From: Thermodesulfobacteriota bacterium
GTDB lineage: Bacteria > Desulfobacterota_D > UBA1144 > Nemesobacterales > UBA2774
Assembly: GCA_963422265.1 (NCBI GenBank)
Contig: OY729416.1
Location: 416,001 to 480,000 of the forward strand
Length of the DNA: 64,000 nt
Reading direction: 5' to 3'
Below are positions 11,351 through 21,929 of this stretch, piece by piece (within the stretch, counting starts at the first letter, position 1; each line of letters opens with the position of its first letter). A program made the translations under genes and the position numbers. Under the pieces are notes generated by a model. That model saw only the letters and a program-made list of their open reading frames with translations. It was not told the DNA's origin and did not search any database.

Positions 11351-13078
11351 ATGGACAAGTATGAAACACATACACACGACGTAATAGTTATCGGTGCGGG
11401 AGGGGCAGGGCTTAGAGCTGCTATAGAGGCTTCTGCTCGGGGTGCGTGCGTGGGGCTCGTATGTAAGTCACTTCTAGGTAAAGCTCACACGGTTATGGCT
11501 GAAGGTGGGGTGGCTGCTGCACTTACAAATGTAGATAAAGGGGACGATTGGAAGACACACTTCCACGATACTATGCATGGCGGGAAGATGTTAAACAACT
11601 GGCACATGGCTCAGATCCATGCGCGGGAAGCGCCCGATCGCGTCAGGGAGCTTGAGCATTGGGGAGCGCTTTTTGACCGCACTAATGACGGCAAAATAAT
11701 GCAGAGGGCTTTTGGTGGGCATACTTGGAAAAGATTGGCTCACGTGGGAGATAGGACCGGTCTTGAAATGATTCGCACACTTCAGGACAGGGGCATACAT
11801 TCGGGAATAGACGTATATATGGAATGCACTATTACTCATCTCCTTAAGGATGGAGAACGCATATCGGGGGCATTCGGTTACTGGAGGGAAAGTGGAAGAT
11901 TCGTTTTATTCAAAGCAAAGGCGGTTATTCTCGCTACAGGTGGAATAGGGAAATCATATAAAGTCACTTCTAACTCCTGGGAGTATACAGGGGATGGTCA
12001 TGCTTTAGCTTACGAAGCGGGGGCTGAATTGATAGATATGGAGTTTGTGCAATTTCATCCCACTGGAATGGTCTGGCCTCCTAGCGTGAAGGGAATCCTC
12101 GTAACGGAAGCAGTAAGGGGTGAGGGTGGTATTCTCCGCAATAGAGAAGGCGATAGGTTCATGGAGAAATACGATCCTGAAAGGATGGAGCTTTCAACAA
12201 GAGACGTCGTTGCGAGGTCAATTTATACGGAGGTTCAAGAGGGGCGCGGTTCACCACACGGAGGGGCATTCCTTGACATTTCTCATAGAGGGTCTGATTA
12301 CGTAAAAAAGAAACTGCCTAGCATGTATCACCAATTTATGGAATTCGCCGAAATTGACATAACAAGGGAGCCTATGGAAGTGTTTCCGACGACTCATTAC
12401 GTTATGGGTGGCGTGCGTGTAGATGCTGACACGGCAAGTAGCACGGTCTTGGGTCTCTTCGCCGCTGGTGAAGTTGCTGGTGGAATGCACGGTGCTAACC
12501 GTTTGGGTGGCAATTCCCTGTCTGATTTATTGGTGTTTGGAAGGAGGGCAGGGTTAGGAGCAACACAATACGCAAATAAAATAGGAGGAAGTACTCTTAG
12601 AATTAATGAATTAGACGTACAAAGGGCAGTAGGTGAAATGCTTGAGCCTTATAACAATGGCGAAGGTGAAAATCCTTATGCTATTCATTATTCCCTTCAA
12701 GAGGTTATGGGTGACTACGTAGGCGTGTTTCGCACGAAAGCAAAATTGCACGAGGGTATTGAGCAGTTAGAGAAGCTAAAGAAGAGAGCCTCTAAGTTAA
12801 AAATAGAGGGAACTCGTATGTTTAATCCGAGCTGGCACCTTTGTAGGGACCTAAAATCAATGCTAATTGTTTCTGAAGCTATCGCAAGGTGCGCTCACCA
12901 AAGGGAAGAGAGTAGAGGAGCCCACAGCCGCGTTGATTTTCCTGACTACAACGACGAGAAGTGGGGCAGGGTTAATTCATTAGTATTAAAAGATAATAGT
13001 AATATGTTAATAGGGACGTCTTCATTACCTGTAATTCCTGAGGAGCTAAAGAGGATAGTTGACGGAGGGTACAAGTAA
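11351..13078 (+). CDS. sdhA: Succinate dehydrogenase/fumarate reductase flavoprotein subunit
   Basis: GAGGAG, KAHTVMAEGG (FAD His), QFHPTG, HGANRLGGNSL, ESRGAH. Confidence 0.95.
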   Translation: MDKYETHTHDVIVIGAGGAGLRAAIEASARGACVGLVCKSLLGKAHTVMAEGGVAAALTNVDKGDDWKTHFHDTMHGGKMLNNWHMAQIHAREAPDRVRELEHWGALFDRTNDGKIMQRAFGGHTWKRLAHVGDRTGLEMIRTLQDRGIHSGIDVYMECTITHLLKDGERISGAFGYWRESGRFVLFKAKAVILATGGIGKSYKVTSNSWEYTGDGHALAYEAGAELIDMEFVQFHPTGMVWPPSVKGILVTEAVRGEGGILRNREGDRFMEKYDPERMELSTRDVVARSIYTEVQEGRGSPHGGAFLDISHRGSDYVKKKLPSMYHQFMEFAEIDITREPMEVFPTTHYVMGGVRVDADTASSTVLGLFAAGEVAGGMHGANRLGGNSLSDLLVFGRRAGLGATQYANKIGGSTLRINELDVQRAVGEMLEPYNNGEGENPYAIHYSLQEVMGDYVGVFRTKAKLHEGIEQLEKLKKRASKLKIEGTRMFNPSWHLCRDLKSMLIVSEAIARCAHQREESRGAHSRVDFPDYNDEKWGRVNSLVLKDNSNMLIGTSSLPVIPEELKRIVDGGYK

Positions 13079-13079
13079 A

Positions 13080-13811
13080 ATGTCTGTTGCTACGTTGAGA
13101 GTATACCGCGGTGACGCTACTGGCGGAGCGGAAAAAGAATATAAAGTCCCCGTTGACGAGGGTATGGTAGTGCTCGATGCAATTCATTTTATTCAAGCAA
13201 ATCATGATGGAGACTTAGCTGTAAGATGGAATTGCAAAGCTGCAAAATGCGGGTCTTGTAGCGCTGAGATAAACGGTATGCCTAAGCTCACTTGTAAGAC
13301 CCGTTTAGACAGTCTTCCCCTTGATAAGCCCGTAACCGTCCATCCTATTAGAACTTTCCCTATTATAAAAGACTTGGTAACGGACGTTTCTTGGAACTAT
13401 GAGGTTAGAAAGAAAATTAAACCTTTCACGCCTGCACCAAATACTGACTGGACGATGTTTCAGGAAGACGTGGAACGCGGTCAAGAGTTCCGCAAGTGCA
13501 TTGAATGCTTTTTATGCCAGAATGTTTGCCACATACTTAGAAACCATGATAAAAAGGGAGAGTTCTTTGGTCCAAGAGCTATGATCAAACTGGCTGAGCT
13601 TGAGATGCACCCGCTAGATGTGGAGGACAGAAGCGAGCAACTTAGAAGGGAGGCAGGCGTCTCTTACTGTAACATTACAAAATGCTGCACAGAAGTATGC
13701 CCAGAGGGAATTCATATAACGGATAACGCTATTATACCTTTGAAGGAGAGGGTAGCTGATAAGTATTTTGATCCGCTTAAATGGGTGGTGAATAAGTTGA
13801 AGGGAATCTAA
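13080..13811 (+). CDS. sdhB: Succinate dehydrogenase/fumarate reductase Fe-S subunit
   Basis: CKAAKCGSC, CIECFLCQNVC and CNITKCCTEVCP cluster motifs; ATG 13080 lies just after the sdhA stop. Confidence 0.93.
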   Translation: MSVATLRVYRGDATGGAEKEYKVPVDEGMVVLDAIHFIQANHDGDLAVRWNCKAAKCGSCSAEINGMPKLTCKTRLDSLPLDKPVTVHPIRTFPIIKDLVTDVSWNYEVRKKIKPFTPAPNTDWTMFQEDVERGQEFRKCIECFLCQNVCHILRNHDKKGEFFGPRAMIKLAELEMHPLDVEDRSEQLRREAGVSYCNITKCCTEVCPEGIHITDNAIIPLKERVADKYFDPLKWVVNKLKGI

Positions 13812-13876
13812 TTCTAACTTTGCACTTGCAGAAAGATAATAAGGCTTAGGATAGATAAGATGAGGAGAAGCTTACT

Positions 13877-15046
13877 GTGAACATACATGAGTATCAGGCG
13901 AAGGGGCTCTTGGCGAGAGAAGGAGTAGCCATACCGACTGGGAAGGTTGCTTTCAATGAAGATGAAGCTTCTCAAATAGCACAAGGACTAAAAAGCGATA
14001 GGTGCATCGTAAAAGCCCAGATACACGCCGGTGGGAGGGGAAAAGGGGGTGGGGTAAAACTCGCCAACACGCTTGAGGAGGTCAAGCGATTAGTTTCGGA
14101 GATGATCGGAATGAGTTTAGTTACTCATCAGACCGGGTCCGAGGGAAAGTTAGTGAGCAAGGTGCTTATAGAGGAAGCCTTGGATATAGAGAAAGAGTTT
14201 TACCTGGGCATGGTAATAGACAGGTCAAAAGAGAGAGTAGTAGTGATGGCTAGTCCTGAAGGTGGAGTTGAAATAGAAGAAGTAGCGCGGAAAACGCCTG
14301 AAAAAATATTAAAAGGGTATGTGGATCCCACTATGGGACTACTTCCATTTCAATGCAGGAATATAGCCTACTTTTTAGATCTTGAAGGAAAAGCTGTAAA
14401 TAAGGCGGTCAAACTTATGTTAGCGCTTTATAATGTTTTTATAGAAAACGATTGCTCCCTCGTTGAGATTAATCCCCTTATACTTACTAAGGATTCCGGC
14501 GTTTTGGCACTTGATGCGAAGATAAATATTGATGACAATGCGCTGTTTAGACGGCCGGATATAGAGAAATTACACGATCCTGACGAAGAGGATGCGACGG
14601 AGCTCGAAGCCAAGAATTGGGGTATCAGCTACGTCAAGCTTGATGGGGACATCGGTTGTCTTGTAAATGGAGCTGGACTTGCCATGTCAACTATGGATAT
14701 TGTTAAACACTATGGGGGAGAGCCTGCTAACTTTTTAGACGTGGGGGGTGGTGCTAGTAAGGAGCAGGTAGCGCATGCTTTCAAAATGATCCTGAGCGAC
14801 TCAAACGTAAAGGCGATTTTTGTTAATATCTTTGGAGGTATAATGAAATGCGATACCATAGCTGAAGGTATCATAGCGGCGGCGAAAGAGATAGGAATAG
14901 ATGTGCCTCTAGTTGTCAGGCTTGAGGGGACAAACGTTGAGATAGGAAGGGGTATTCTTGCTGAATCAGGCTTAAACATAATTACTGGGAGAGATATGCG
15001 GGAGGCAGCCTTCAAAGCCGTAGAAGCAATAAAGAATAAGAGTTAA
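13877..15046 (+). CDS. sucC: Succinyl-CoA synthetase beta subunit
   Basis: [44 protein letters not shown]. Confidence 0.96.
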   Translation: MNIHEYQAKGLLAREGVAIPTGKVAFNEDEASQIAQGLKSDRCIVKAQIHAGGRGKGGGVKLANTLEEVKRLVSEMIGMSLVTHQTGSEGKLVSKVLIEEALDIEKEFYLGMVIDRSKERVVVMASPEGGVEIEEVARKTPEKILKGYVDPTMGLLPFQCRNIAYFLDLEGKAVNKAVKLMLALYNVFIENDCSLVEINPLILTKDSGVLALDAKINIDDNALFRRPDIEKLHDPDEEDATELEAKNWGISYVKLDGDIGCLVNGAGLAMSTMDIVKHYGGEPANFLDVGGGASKEQVAHAFKMILSDSNVKAIFVNIFGGIMKCDTIAEGIIAAAKEIGIDVPLVVRLEGTNVEIGRGILAESGLNIITGRDMREAAFKAVEAIKNKS

Positions 15047-15335
15047 TAAATACCAACCTCTTTATTAATCCATCTATTCATTATTAGAATCGTATAATTG
15101 GAACGAGTAAGCATGCGGTTGTAGATTGTTGGTTTATCCATATTTATTTGTAGGTTCGTTTCACCTAGGGCATTCCGGGGGCGGCGAAACACGACTAAAT
15201 ACCTTGACAATATCTAAATGGTGATTAGTTTCAAAAAGATGACATCTCGGGAATGGTTGTATTTGCGGTTAGAGAAACCATCGAGAACTTTCCTTAGTAA
15301 AATAGAAAAGTGCAAAGCTGTAGGAGGTAAATAGA

Positions 15336-17303
15336 ATGGCTAGTGGCGACAAAATAATTGGGATTGACCTAGGAACTACCAACTCAGTTGTTGCTATAGT
15401 TGAAGGTGGGGAACCTAAGGTGATAATAAATGAAGAAGGTACTAGGGTTACGCCTTCTGTTGTAGCGTTCACAAAAGAAGGTGAAACGTTGGTAGGGAGA
15501 CCCGCTAAAAGGCAAGGAGTTGTGAATCCTACAAATACCATCTTTTCGATTAAAAGACTAATGGGGAGGCGTTTTGCGGAAGTGGAAGAGGAAGCGAAAA
15601 AACTCCCGTATAAAGTAGTAAAGTCAAAAAATGATGACGCCTGGGTAGAAGTGATGGGTAAGGAATATTCTCCACCTGAGGCTTCGTCTAGCGTATTGAT
15701 GAAACTAAAAAAAGCTGCTGAAGATTACGTCGGGGGGGAAATTAACGAAGCCGTAATTACCGTCCCGGCTTACTTTAATGATAGTCAGAGACAGGCAACC
15801 AAAGACGCAGGAAAAATTGCAGGGCTTGAAGTTAAAAGAATTATAAACGAACCTACGGCTGCTGCTTTATCTTATGGTTTTGATAAAAAAAGCGAGGGGA
15901 TTATTGCTGTTTATGATCTGGGTGGTGGAACGTTTGACATTTCTGTACTCGAGGTTGGAGATAACGTTATTGAGGTTAAATCGACTAATGGTGACACGCA
16001 TCTTGGCGGAGATGACTTTGATCAAGCTGTGATGGATTATATGATTGAAGAGTTTAAGAAAGAATCCGGCATAGACATTGGAAATGATAAAATGGCACTT
16101 CAAAGACTGAGACAAGAAGCGGAAAAGGCTAAGATAGAACTATCTAATACGCTCGAGACAGAGGTGAACTTGCCCTTTATTACAGCTGATTCTACGGGGC
16201 CGAAGCACTTAATTATGAAGATAACCCGCTCTAAGTTTGAGCAGCTTATAGAAGATAAAGTCAAGGGGACACTGGGTCCCTGCGAACAAGCGCTAAAAGA
16301 TGCTGGCTTGAAATCTGGAGATATTGATGAAGTTATATTAGTTGGGGGTTCAACAAGAATCCCGATCGTTCAAAAAGTAGTGACTGACTTCTTTGGCAGG
16401 GAACCTCATAAAGGTATAAATCCAGATGAAGTAGTTGCTATGGGGGCAGCTATTCAGGGAGCAGTGCTTAGCGGAGAAGTAAGAGATGTTCTTTTGCTCG
16501 ATGTAACGCCTCTTTCGCTGGGAATTGAGACACTAGGTGGAGTAATGACTAAAATTATTGAGAGAAACACGACGATACCTACTAAAAAGAGCCAGGTTTT
16601 TACCACTGCGGAAGACAATCAAACCTCAGTTGAAATTCACGTGATGCAAGGCGAGCGTCAAATGTCGTCTGACAACAGGACGCTTGCACGCTTTATTTTG
16701 GATGGTATTCCACCTGCTGCAAGGGGTATTCCTCAAGTAGAGGTTACGTTTGATATTGACGCCGACGGTATTCTGCACGTCTCCGCAAAGGATCTCGCCA
16801 CTCAGAAAGAACAAAAAATCAGGGTGGAAGCTTCTAGCGGGCTTAACAAAGAGGAAGTTGAAAGTATGATCAAAGAAGCTGAAGAAAAATTAGAAGAAGA
16901 CCACAAGCGCCACGAGTTTGTTGAAAGCAGGAATAAGTTAGACGAGCTTATTCACAGAACTAGTAAGAGTTTTAAGGAGTTTGAAGATAAACTCTCTCCA
17001 GATGAGAAAAGTGAACTGGAAGAGGCTCTTGAACAAGGAAGAAGCGCCATTAAGAGTGATGACCCTAACCAGATAAAGGCGGCTACTGAGAAAATAACAC
17101 AATCTTCTCACAAACTTGCTGAGCTAATGTACAAGCAGCAGGTTCAGCAAGAAGGAGCTCCTGGGAACGCTGAAGGTGCTCAGACTAGTAATGCACGTCA
17201 GCAGCAGCGGGGTGGAGGAGGGGCTCAAGAGAATGCGAAAGGTAAAGATGCGAGTGACAAAGGTGATGATGAAGTAATAGACGCAGAGTTTACCGAAAAG
17301 TAA
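15336..17303 (+). CDS. dnaK: Chaperone DnaK (Hsp70)
   Basis: [28 protein letters not shown]-terminal VIDAEF; SD AGGAGG. Confidence 0.98.
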   Translation: MASGDKIIGIDLGTTNSVVAIVEGGEPKVIINEEGTRVTPSVVAFTKEGETLVGRPAKRQGVVNPTNTIFSIKRLMGRRFAEVEEEAKKLPYKVVKSKNDDAWVEVMGKEYSPPEASSSVLMKLKKAAEDYVGGEINEAVITVPAYFNDSQRQATKDAGKIAGLEVKRIINEPTAAALSYGFDKKSEGIIAVYDLGGGTFDISVLEVGDNVIEVKSTNGDTHLGGDDFDQAVMDYMIEEFKKESGIDIGNDKMALQRLRQEAEKAKIELSNTLETEVNLPFITADSTGPKHLIMKITRSKFEQLIEDKVKGTLGPCEQALKDAGLKSGDIDEVILVGGSTRIPIVQKVVTDFFGREPHKGINPDEVVAMGAAIQGAVLSGEVRDVLLLDVTPLSLGIETLGGVMTKIIERNTTIPTKKSQVFTTAEDNQTSVEIHVMQGERQMSSDNRTLARFILDGIPPAARGIPQVEVTFDIDADGILHVSAKDLATQKEQKIRVEASSGLNKEEVESMIKEAEEKLEEDHKRHEFVESRNKLDELIHRTSKSFKEFEDKLSPDEKSELEEALEQGRSAIKSDDPNQIKAATEKITQSSHKLAELMYKQQVQQEGAPGNAEGAQTSNARQQQRGGGGAQENAKGKDASDKGDDEVIDAEFTEK

Positions 17304-17333
17304 GATGTTAATCTAAATCAAAACATTCTAAAT

Positions 17334-17373
17334 AAATAACAAGAGCGGCTGAATAGTCGCCTTTGTTATTTTT
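17334..17373 (+). terminator. Probable intrinsic terminator after dnaK
   Basis: AAATAACAA-GA-GCGGCT [GAAT] AGTCGC-CT-TTGTTATTT hairpin followed by a T tract. Confidence 0.7.
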
Positions 17374-17538
17374 GGGGTTCTGTGGTTTCATTTGAGTGGT
17401 TTAATACTTGTTGCCTAGTTTGAGTTTATATGTTAGCTTTCTTCATAATTGCTTATGTTGTAACTTACGAGATGGGCTGAAGTATTATGAGAACAGTTTA
17501 TGGATATACAGTTTATAAATACAAGGGGGTGCAGGCTA

Positions 17539-17745
17539 ATGAAAGCTGGAATTCATCCGGAATATAGAGAAGTTACAATTAGCTGCGCTTGCGGAGCTTC
17601 CTATGTAACAAAATCAACTCGTTTTGAGGCTTTTACCGTTGAGGTTTGCTCAAATTGCCATCCCTTCTATACTGGTAGAGAAAGGACAGCAGAAGCGAAG
17701 GGTAGGGTAGAAAGGTTTAGAAGAAAATATAAGGTAAAACACTAA
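17539..17745 (+). CDS. rpmE: 50S ribosomal protein L31 (Zn-binding form)
   Basis: MKAGIHPEY...CACG...[10 protein letters not shown]...GRVERF; start moved to ATG 17539. Confidence 0.96.
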   Translation: MKAGIHPEYREVTISCACGASYVTKSTRFEAFTVEVCSNCHPFYTGRERTAEAKGRVERFRRKYKVKH

Positions 17746-17790
17746 ATTTGGGGAATTCTATATGCTAAAAGGGCATAGAGGTGAGCATTA

Positions 17791-19875
17791 ATGAATCAGT
17801 TCAACCAAGAGAGCGTTAGGAACGTCGTTCTTGTATCTCCACACGGCGCTGGAACAACCTCTCTGGCTGAGGCAATGCTGTTTCTGCACGGCGTGACTGA
17901 AAAATTAGGTAAAGTCAACCAAGATTCCTCAACTCTTGATTATGAATCCGAAGAGCAAAATCGTAAGATGTCTATCAATGCCCATACGGCATTTTTTAAG
18001 ACTAAATCTAACCACCTAATTAACCTCATTGACACTCCCGGGTTTTTGAACTTTTTGTATGAGACCGATAATGCTATTAAGGTTGCGGACGGTGCCGTCA
18101 TTGTAGTCGAGGCATCTTCGTCGGAGTCCGGTGCACAAATTGGAAAATACTGGGATATGGCGCGGGATATACCCAAAATTGTTTTCATAAATAAGCTCGA
18201 CAAGGAGAACACCTCCTTAGACGAGACCATTAAAAACATATCTGACGAGCTGAATATCAAAGCCCTTCCATTCACGCTTCCAGTTGGAGAAGAGGGAAAC
18301 TTTGATGCGGTAATTATCCTCGTGGATATGAAAGCATATAGGTATGATGGGGAAGGAAACGTGCGGGAAATAGCTATACCCGAATATATGCTAGATAGTG
18401 CCAAAGCAGCTAGGGAGAAAATCGTAGAAGCAGTTGCGGAGCTTGATGACGATCTACTTATGAAATATCTAGATGGTGAAGAGATTGACGAAGGGATTAT
18501 GATTAAAATGCTTCACCAGGGCATACTTGACGCCAAAATTTATCCCGTATTTGCAGGTTCTGCAACTAACCTAATAGGAATTAAGGCGCTTGTTGGAGGG
18601 ATTTGTAGGTACTTACCCTCTCCAACTGAGAGAAAGCCATTAGTTGCCAAAAACGTTCAGAGTGAAGAGGTAATGATGGTTACGCCTAACCAAGATAATC
18701 CTCTGGCAGCCTATATATTTAAGACGATATCAGACCCTTATGCCGGAAAAATGTCTTTATTCAGGGTGTTTTCGGGTTCTGTTAAATCGGACTCAATAAT
18801 CTATAACTCGTCTAACGGATCAAAAGAAAAGCTTGGCCAATTGCACAGGCTTATAGGAAAACAACAATTCCCAACTGATACTGCTAATTGCGGTGATATA
18901 GTTGCTGCTAATAAGCTCAAGGAAGCCCATACTGGACAGACCTTTAGCGATGACTCAAATCCTATTGTTATTCCTGAGGTTCCTATACCTGCGTCCGTTT
19001 TATCTTACGCTATCGAGCCTAAAACTAGAAATGACGAAGACAAGCTAAATCCTTCATTGAATAGAATTCAAGAAGAGGATCCTACAATTCAATACCGCAT
19101 GGATGAGGAGACCAAAGAATTTCTTCTTTCAGGCACTGGACAGTCTCACGTTGAGGTTACCGTAAATAAGCTGAGGGATATTTACAAAGTAAAAGTTGAT
19201 CTTCACACTCCAAGAGTTCCCTATAAGGAGACAATTGGGTCAAGAGCTAAGGCAGAAGGTAAATACGTGAAGCAGACGGGTGGAAGAGGTCAGTATGGAG
19301 TCGCCTGGATTGAAATAGAGCCTTTGCAAAGGGGTAGGGAGTTTGAGTTTGTAAATAAGATTGTAGGCGGAGCCATTCCAAAAAACTTCATTCCTTCGGT
19401 TGAAAAGGGGATAGTAGAGGTTATGAAGAGTGGGGTTTGCGCAGGGTATCCGGTAGTGGACGTAAGGGTTACTCTCTTCGATGGTAAGTATCACCCTGTG
19501 GATTCTTCTGATATGGCATTTCAAATCGCAGGGTCTATTGGATTTAAAAAGGCAATGGAAGAGGCGAAGCCACTACTCCTTGAGCCCGTGATGAAAATGG
19601 AGATTACTATCCCTGAGGATTCTATGGGAGACGTAATAGGAGACGTGAGTTCTAGAAGAGGAAAAGTATCAGGGGTTGACTCATTTGGGGGAACTCACAG
19701 TATCAAAGCTATGATTCCGATGTCGGAGATACTAACCTACGCTCCTGAACTAAGATCCATTACGAGCGGGCGAGGAACGTTCACAATGGAATTCTCCCGT
19801 TACGAACAGGTTCCGGACCATTTAGCCCGGAAGATAATCGCGGAATCCTCTGTAGAAAGGGATTCAGAAGGATAG
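17791..19875 (+). CDS. Elongation factor G-like protein (EF-G2-type paralogue, degenerate G motifs)
   Basis: Full-length EF-G architecture (NKLD, KQTGGRGQY, GYPVVD, YHPVDSS, LLEP, LRSITSGRG), but G1 reads SPHGAGTTS and G3 reads DTPGF; not in an str operon. Confidence 0.9.
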   Translation: MNQFNQESVRNVVLVSPHGAGTTSLAEAMLFLHGVTEKLGKVNQDSSTLDYESEEQNRKMSINAHTAFFKTKSNHLINLIDTPGFLNFLYETDNAIKVADGAVIVVEASSSESGAQIGKYWDMARDIPKIVFINKLDKENTSLDETIKNISDELNIKALPFTLPVGEEGNFDAVIILVDMKAYRYDGEGNVREIAIPEYMLDSAKAAREKIVEAVAELDDDLLMKYLDGEEIDEGIMIKMLHQGILDAKIYPVFAGSATNLIGIKALVGGICRYLPSPTERKPLVAKNVQSEEVMMVTPNQDNPLAAYIFKTISDPYAGKMSLFRVFSGSVKSDSIIYNSSNGSKEKLGQLHRLIGKQQFPTDTANCGDIVAANKLKEAHTGQTFSDDSNPIVIPEVPIPASVLSYAIEPKTRNDEDKLNPSLNRIQEEDPTIQYRMDEETKEFLLSGTGQSHVEVTVNKLRDIYKVKVDLHTPRVPYKETIGSRAKAEGKYVKQTGGRGQYGVAWIEIEPLQRGREFEFVNKIVGGAIPKNFIPSVEKGIVEVMKSGVCAGYPVVDVRVTLFDGKYHPVDSSDMAFQIAGSIGFKKAMEEAKPLLLEPVMKMEITIPEDSMGDVIGDVSSRRGKVSGVDSFGGTHSIKAMIPMSEILTYAPELRSITSGRGTFTMEFSRYEQVPDHLARKIIAESSVERDSEG

Positions 19876-19939
19876 TAGAAAGTCCAAATTTTACCTATAA
19901 GTCTGCACTTGAATAGTTTTTGAGTAACCTTATCCCAAA

Positions 19940-20863
19940 GTGCGCATAGCCTCAATTGACATAGGGACAAATACGTTAAGGCTTCTTGTTTGTGAATATA
20001 AAAAGCCAGGTCATTTAGAGAAGCTGCGCATTGAACATAAAATCACGCGACTAGGTGAGGGCTTCTCTCCTAATGAGGGGCTGTTAAAAACGAATGCCAA
20101 AGAGAGAACTCTCAGTGCTCTAAGGCATTTTTCTAAGATCATAGACGAATACGAAGTAAAACGCTTAAAGGCAGTCGCTACAAGCGCGGTTAGAGAATCT
20201 CGGAATGGCTTTGAGTTCATAGAGCAAATTAATGATGAGACTGACATATGCGTTGATATCATTTCAGGGGAAGAGGAGTCCCGCCTTACAGTTAAAGGGG
20301 TACTTAATACAATAGAAATATCTGCTCCACTTTGCTTAATAATTGACATTGGAGGGGGAAGTACAGAATATGTAGAGGTTGAAAATGCAGCTATTAGTAA
20401 AATCAAGAGCCTAAATTTAGGGGCAGTGCATTTAACGGAAAGGTTTTTAGCTAAAGAGTGGGAAACAAGCGAGCTTCTTGAGCGGTTATCTAAAAAGATA
20501 GGAGAGGTGTTAAGGGATGAATTATCAGCGTTTGAGGCTAAAGGTGACGAGTTATGTATAGTGGCGACGGCGGGTACCCCGACGACCCTTGCTTCAATTG
20601 GTTTAGGACTGAGTCAATATGATTCGGGACTAGTGAACAATTACGTGCTGACAAAAAGCAAAGTAGCTAGAATCATTGAGACTTTATTAGGAATTCCTAA
20701 AGATGAGAGGACCAAGATCCCTGGACTTGAAGAGGGGAGAGAAGACATAATCATCGCAGGAGGCTATATATTGCTAAACACTCTCGAGAGATTTTACAAG
20801 GAGGAACTTATAGTAAGCGATGGTGGTCTCCTTGAAGGCATAGCTTACAGTCTAGCCTTATAA
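19940..20863 (+). CDS. Ppx/GppA family phosphatase (exopolyphosphatase)
   Basis: IDIGTNTLRL, ATSAVRE, ISGEEE, DIGGGSTE, REDII. Confidence 0.93.
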   Translation: MRIASIDIGTNTLRLLVCEYKKPGHLEKLRIEHKITRLGEGFSPNEGLLKTNAKERTLSALRHFSKIIDEYEVKRLKAVATSAVRESRNGFEFIEQINDETDICVDIISGEEESRLTVKGVLNTIEISAPLCLIIDIGGGSTEYVEVENAAISKIKSLNLGAVHLTERFLAKEWETSELLERLSKKIGEVLRDELSAFEAKGDELCIVATAGTPTTLASIGLGLSQYDSGLVNNYVLTKSKVARIIETLLGIPKDERTKIPGLEEGREDIIIAGGYILLNTLERFYKEELIVSDGGLLEGIAYSLAL

Positions 20864-20891
20864 AAGCCGCTTTTAATTACAATCTTTTCCG

Positions 20892-20920
20892 TTGACAACG
20901 TATATAGCGATTATTATATT
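20892..20920 (+). promoter_or_regulatory. Sigma70-type promoter upstream of grpE
   Basis: TTGACA (20892-20897) - 17 nt - TATATT (20915-20920). Confidence 0.65.
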
Positions 20921-21015
20921 TTCAGCAAGTTCTTATTAGCGCGGATATTCCCGCTAGCTGTGTATAACTAATCGTAGTTATTCTAAAAAGAATTGAGTTG
21001 AATAAGGAGAGTGAA

Positions 21016-21648
21016 ATGAGTCCTAATAGCACAGATGAGAAAAATGAGGGTACTGATTTGAGTGCAGATCAGGTTAACGATAATGAAAGTATTAACTTAG
21101 AAGAAGAGAAAGACGCTGATACTAATAAACAAGATTACACGGAGCTTGAGAGAAAGTATTTAAGACTTGCCGCTGATTTTGAAAACTATAAAAAGAGACA
21201 GGTAAGGGAAAAAGCCGATATTATAGCTTATGGGAATGAAGAGTTGATCAAATCATTACTCAATGTGCTTGATAATCTGGAGAGGGCGATTGAGCACTCC
21301 GAGTCCAAAGAAGACGCCAAACCACTTTTGGAAGGAGTCAAACTCGTCCACAAACAATTTATAAGCTCTATTGAAGCATTTGGGGTGGAGTTAATTAAGG
21401 CAGATAAGGGAACGGATTTTGATCCAAGTATTCATCAGGCAATTGAGCAGGTAGAATCGGGCGAACTTGCATCCGGCGTTATTCTGTCTCAAATGCAGCG
21501 AGGATATATGCTCAAGTCGAGGCTTTTAAGGCCTGCTCTGGTCACTGTATCAAAAAATTCGCAACGCGCCGATACCGATAGTGAACAGAGCGTGGACAGA
21601 TCAGGAGTCAACGACACTAAACAAAGGGCTTCAGAAGATAAGCAGTAG
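21016..21648 (+). CDS. grpE: Nucleotide exchange factor GrpE
   Basis: RLAADFENYKKR, LDNLERA, FDPSIHQA, GY...LLRPALVTV; ATG 21016 follows AAGGAG. Confidence 0.95.
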   Translation: MSPNSTDEKNEGTDLSADQVNDNESINLEEEKDADTNKQDYTELERKYLRLAADFENYKKRQVREKADIIAYGNEELIKSLLNVLDNLERAIEHSESKEDAKPLLEGVKLVHKQFISSIEAFGVELIKADKGTDFDPSIHQAIEQVESGELASGVILSQMQRGYMLKSRLLRPALVTVSKNSQRADTDSEQSVDRSGVNDTKQRASEDKQ

Positions 21649-21656
21649 AGTACATT

Positions 21657-21929
21657 CTAGCCGCCGGCAATAGCAGGAATTATAGATACTACGTCGTCAT
21701 CTTTAAGGGAAGTATCTTTCCCTTGTAAAAACCTTATATCTTCATTGTTGACGTATAAGTTTATAAATCTTCTTATATTACCTTCTTCGTCACAGAGTCT
21801 ATTTTTTATTCCAGGGAATTGATTCTCTAACTCCTCAATCAGCTCCCCGATGCTAGCACTGCTTATTATAACCTCATCCTGCTCGGCGGTGAGTTTCCTA
21901 AGGGGTGTTGGAATTCGCACTGACGGCAT
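21657..21929 (-). CDS. MoaD/ThiS family ubiquitin-like sulfur carrier protein
   Basis: [23 protein letters not shown]-terminal IIPAIAGG (di-glycine). Confidence 0.93.
   Translation of the reverse strand: MPSVRIPTPLRKLTAEQDEVIISSASIGELIEELENQFPGIKNRLCDEEGNIRRFINLYVNNEDIRFLQGKDTSLKDDDVVSIIPAIAGG

Noticed and set aside
15290-15316. CIRCE element upstream of dnaK
   Set aside because: Only a partial right arm (AAGTGCAAA); no left arm at the 9-nt spacing
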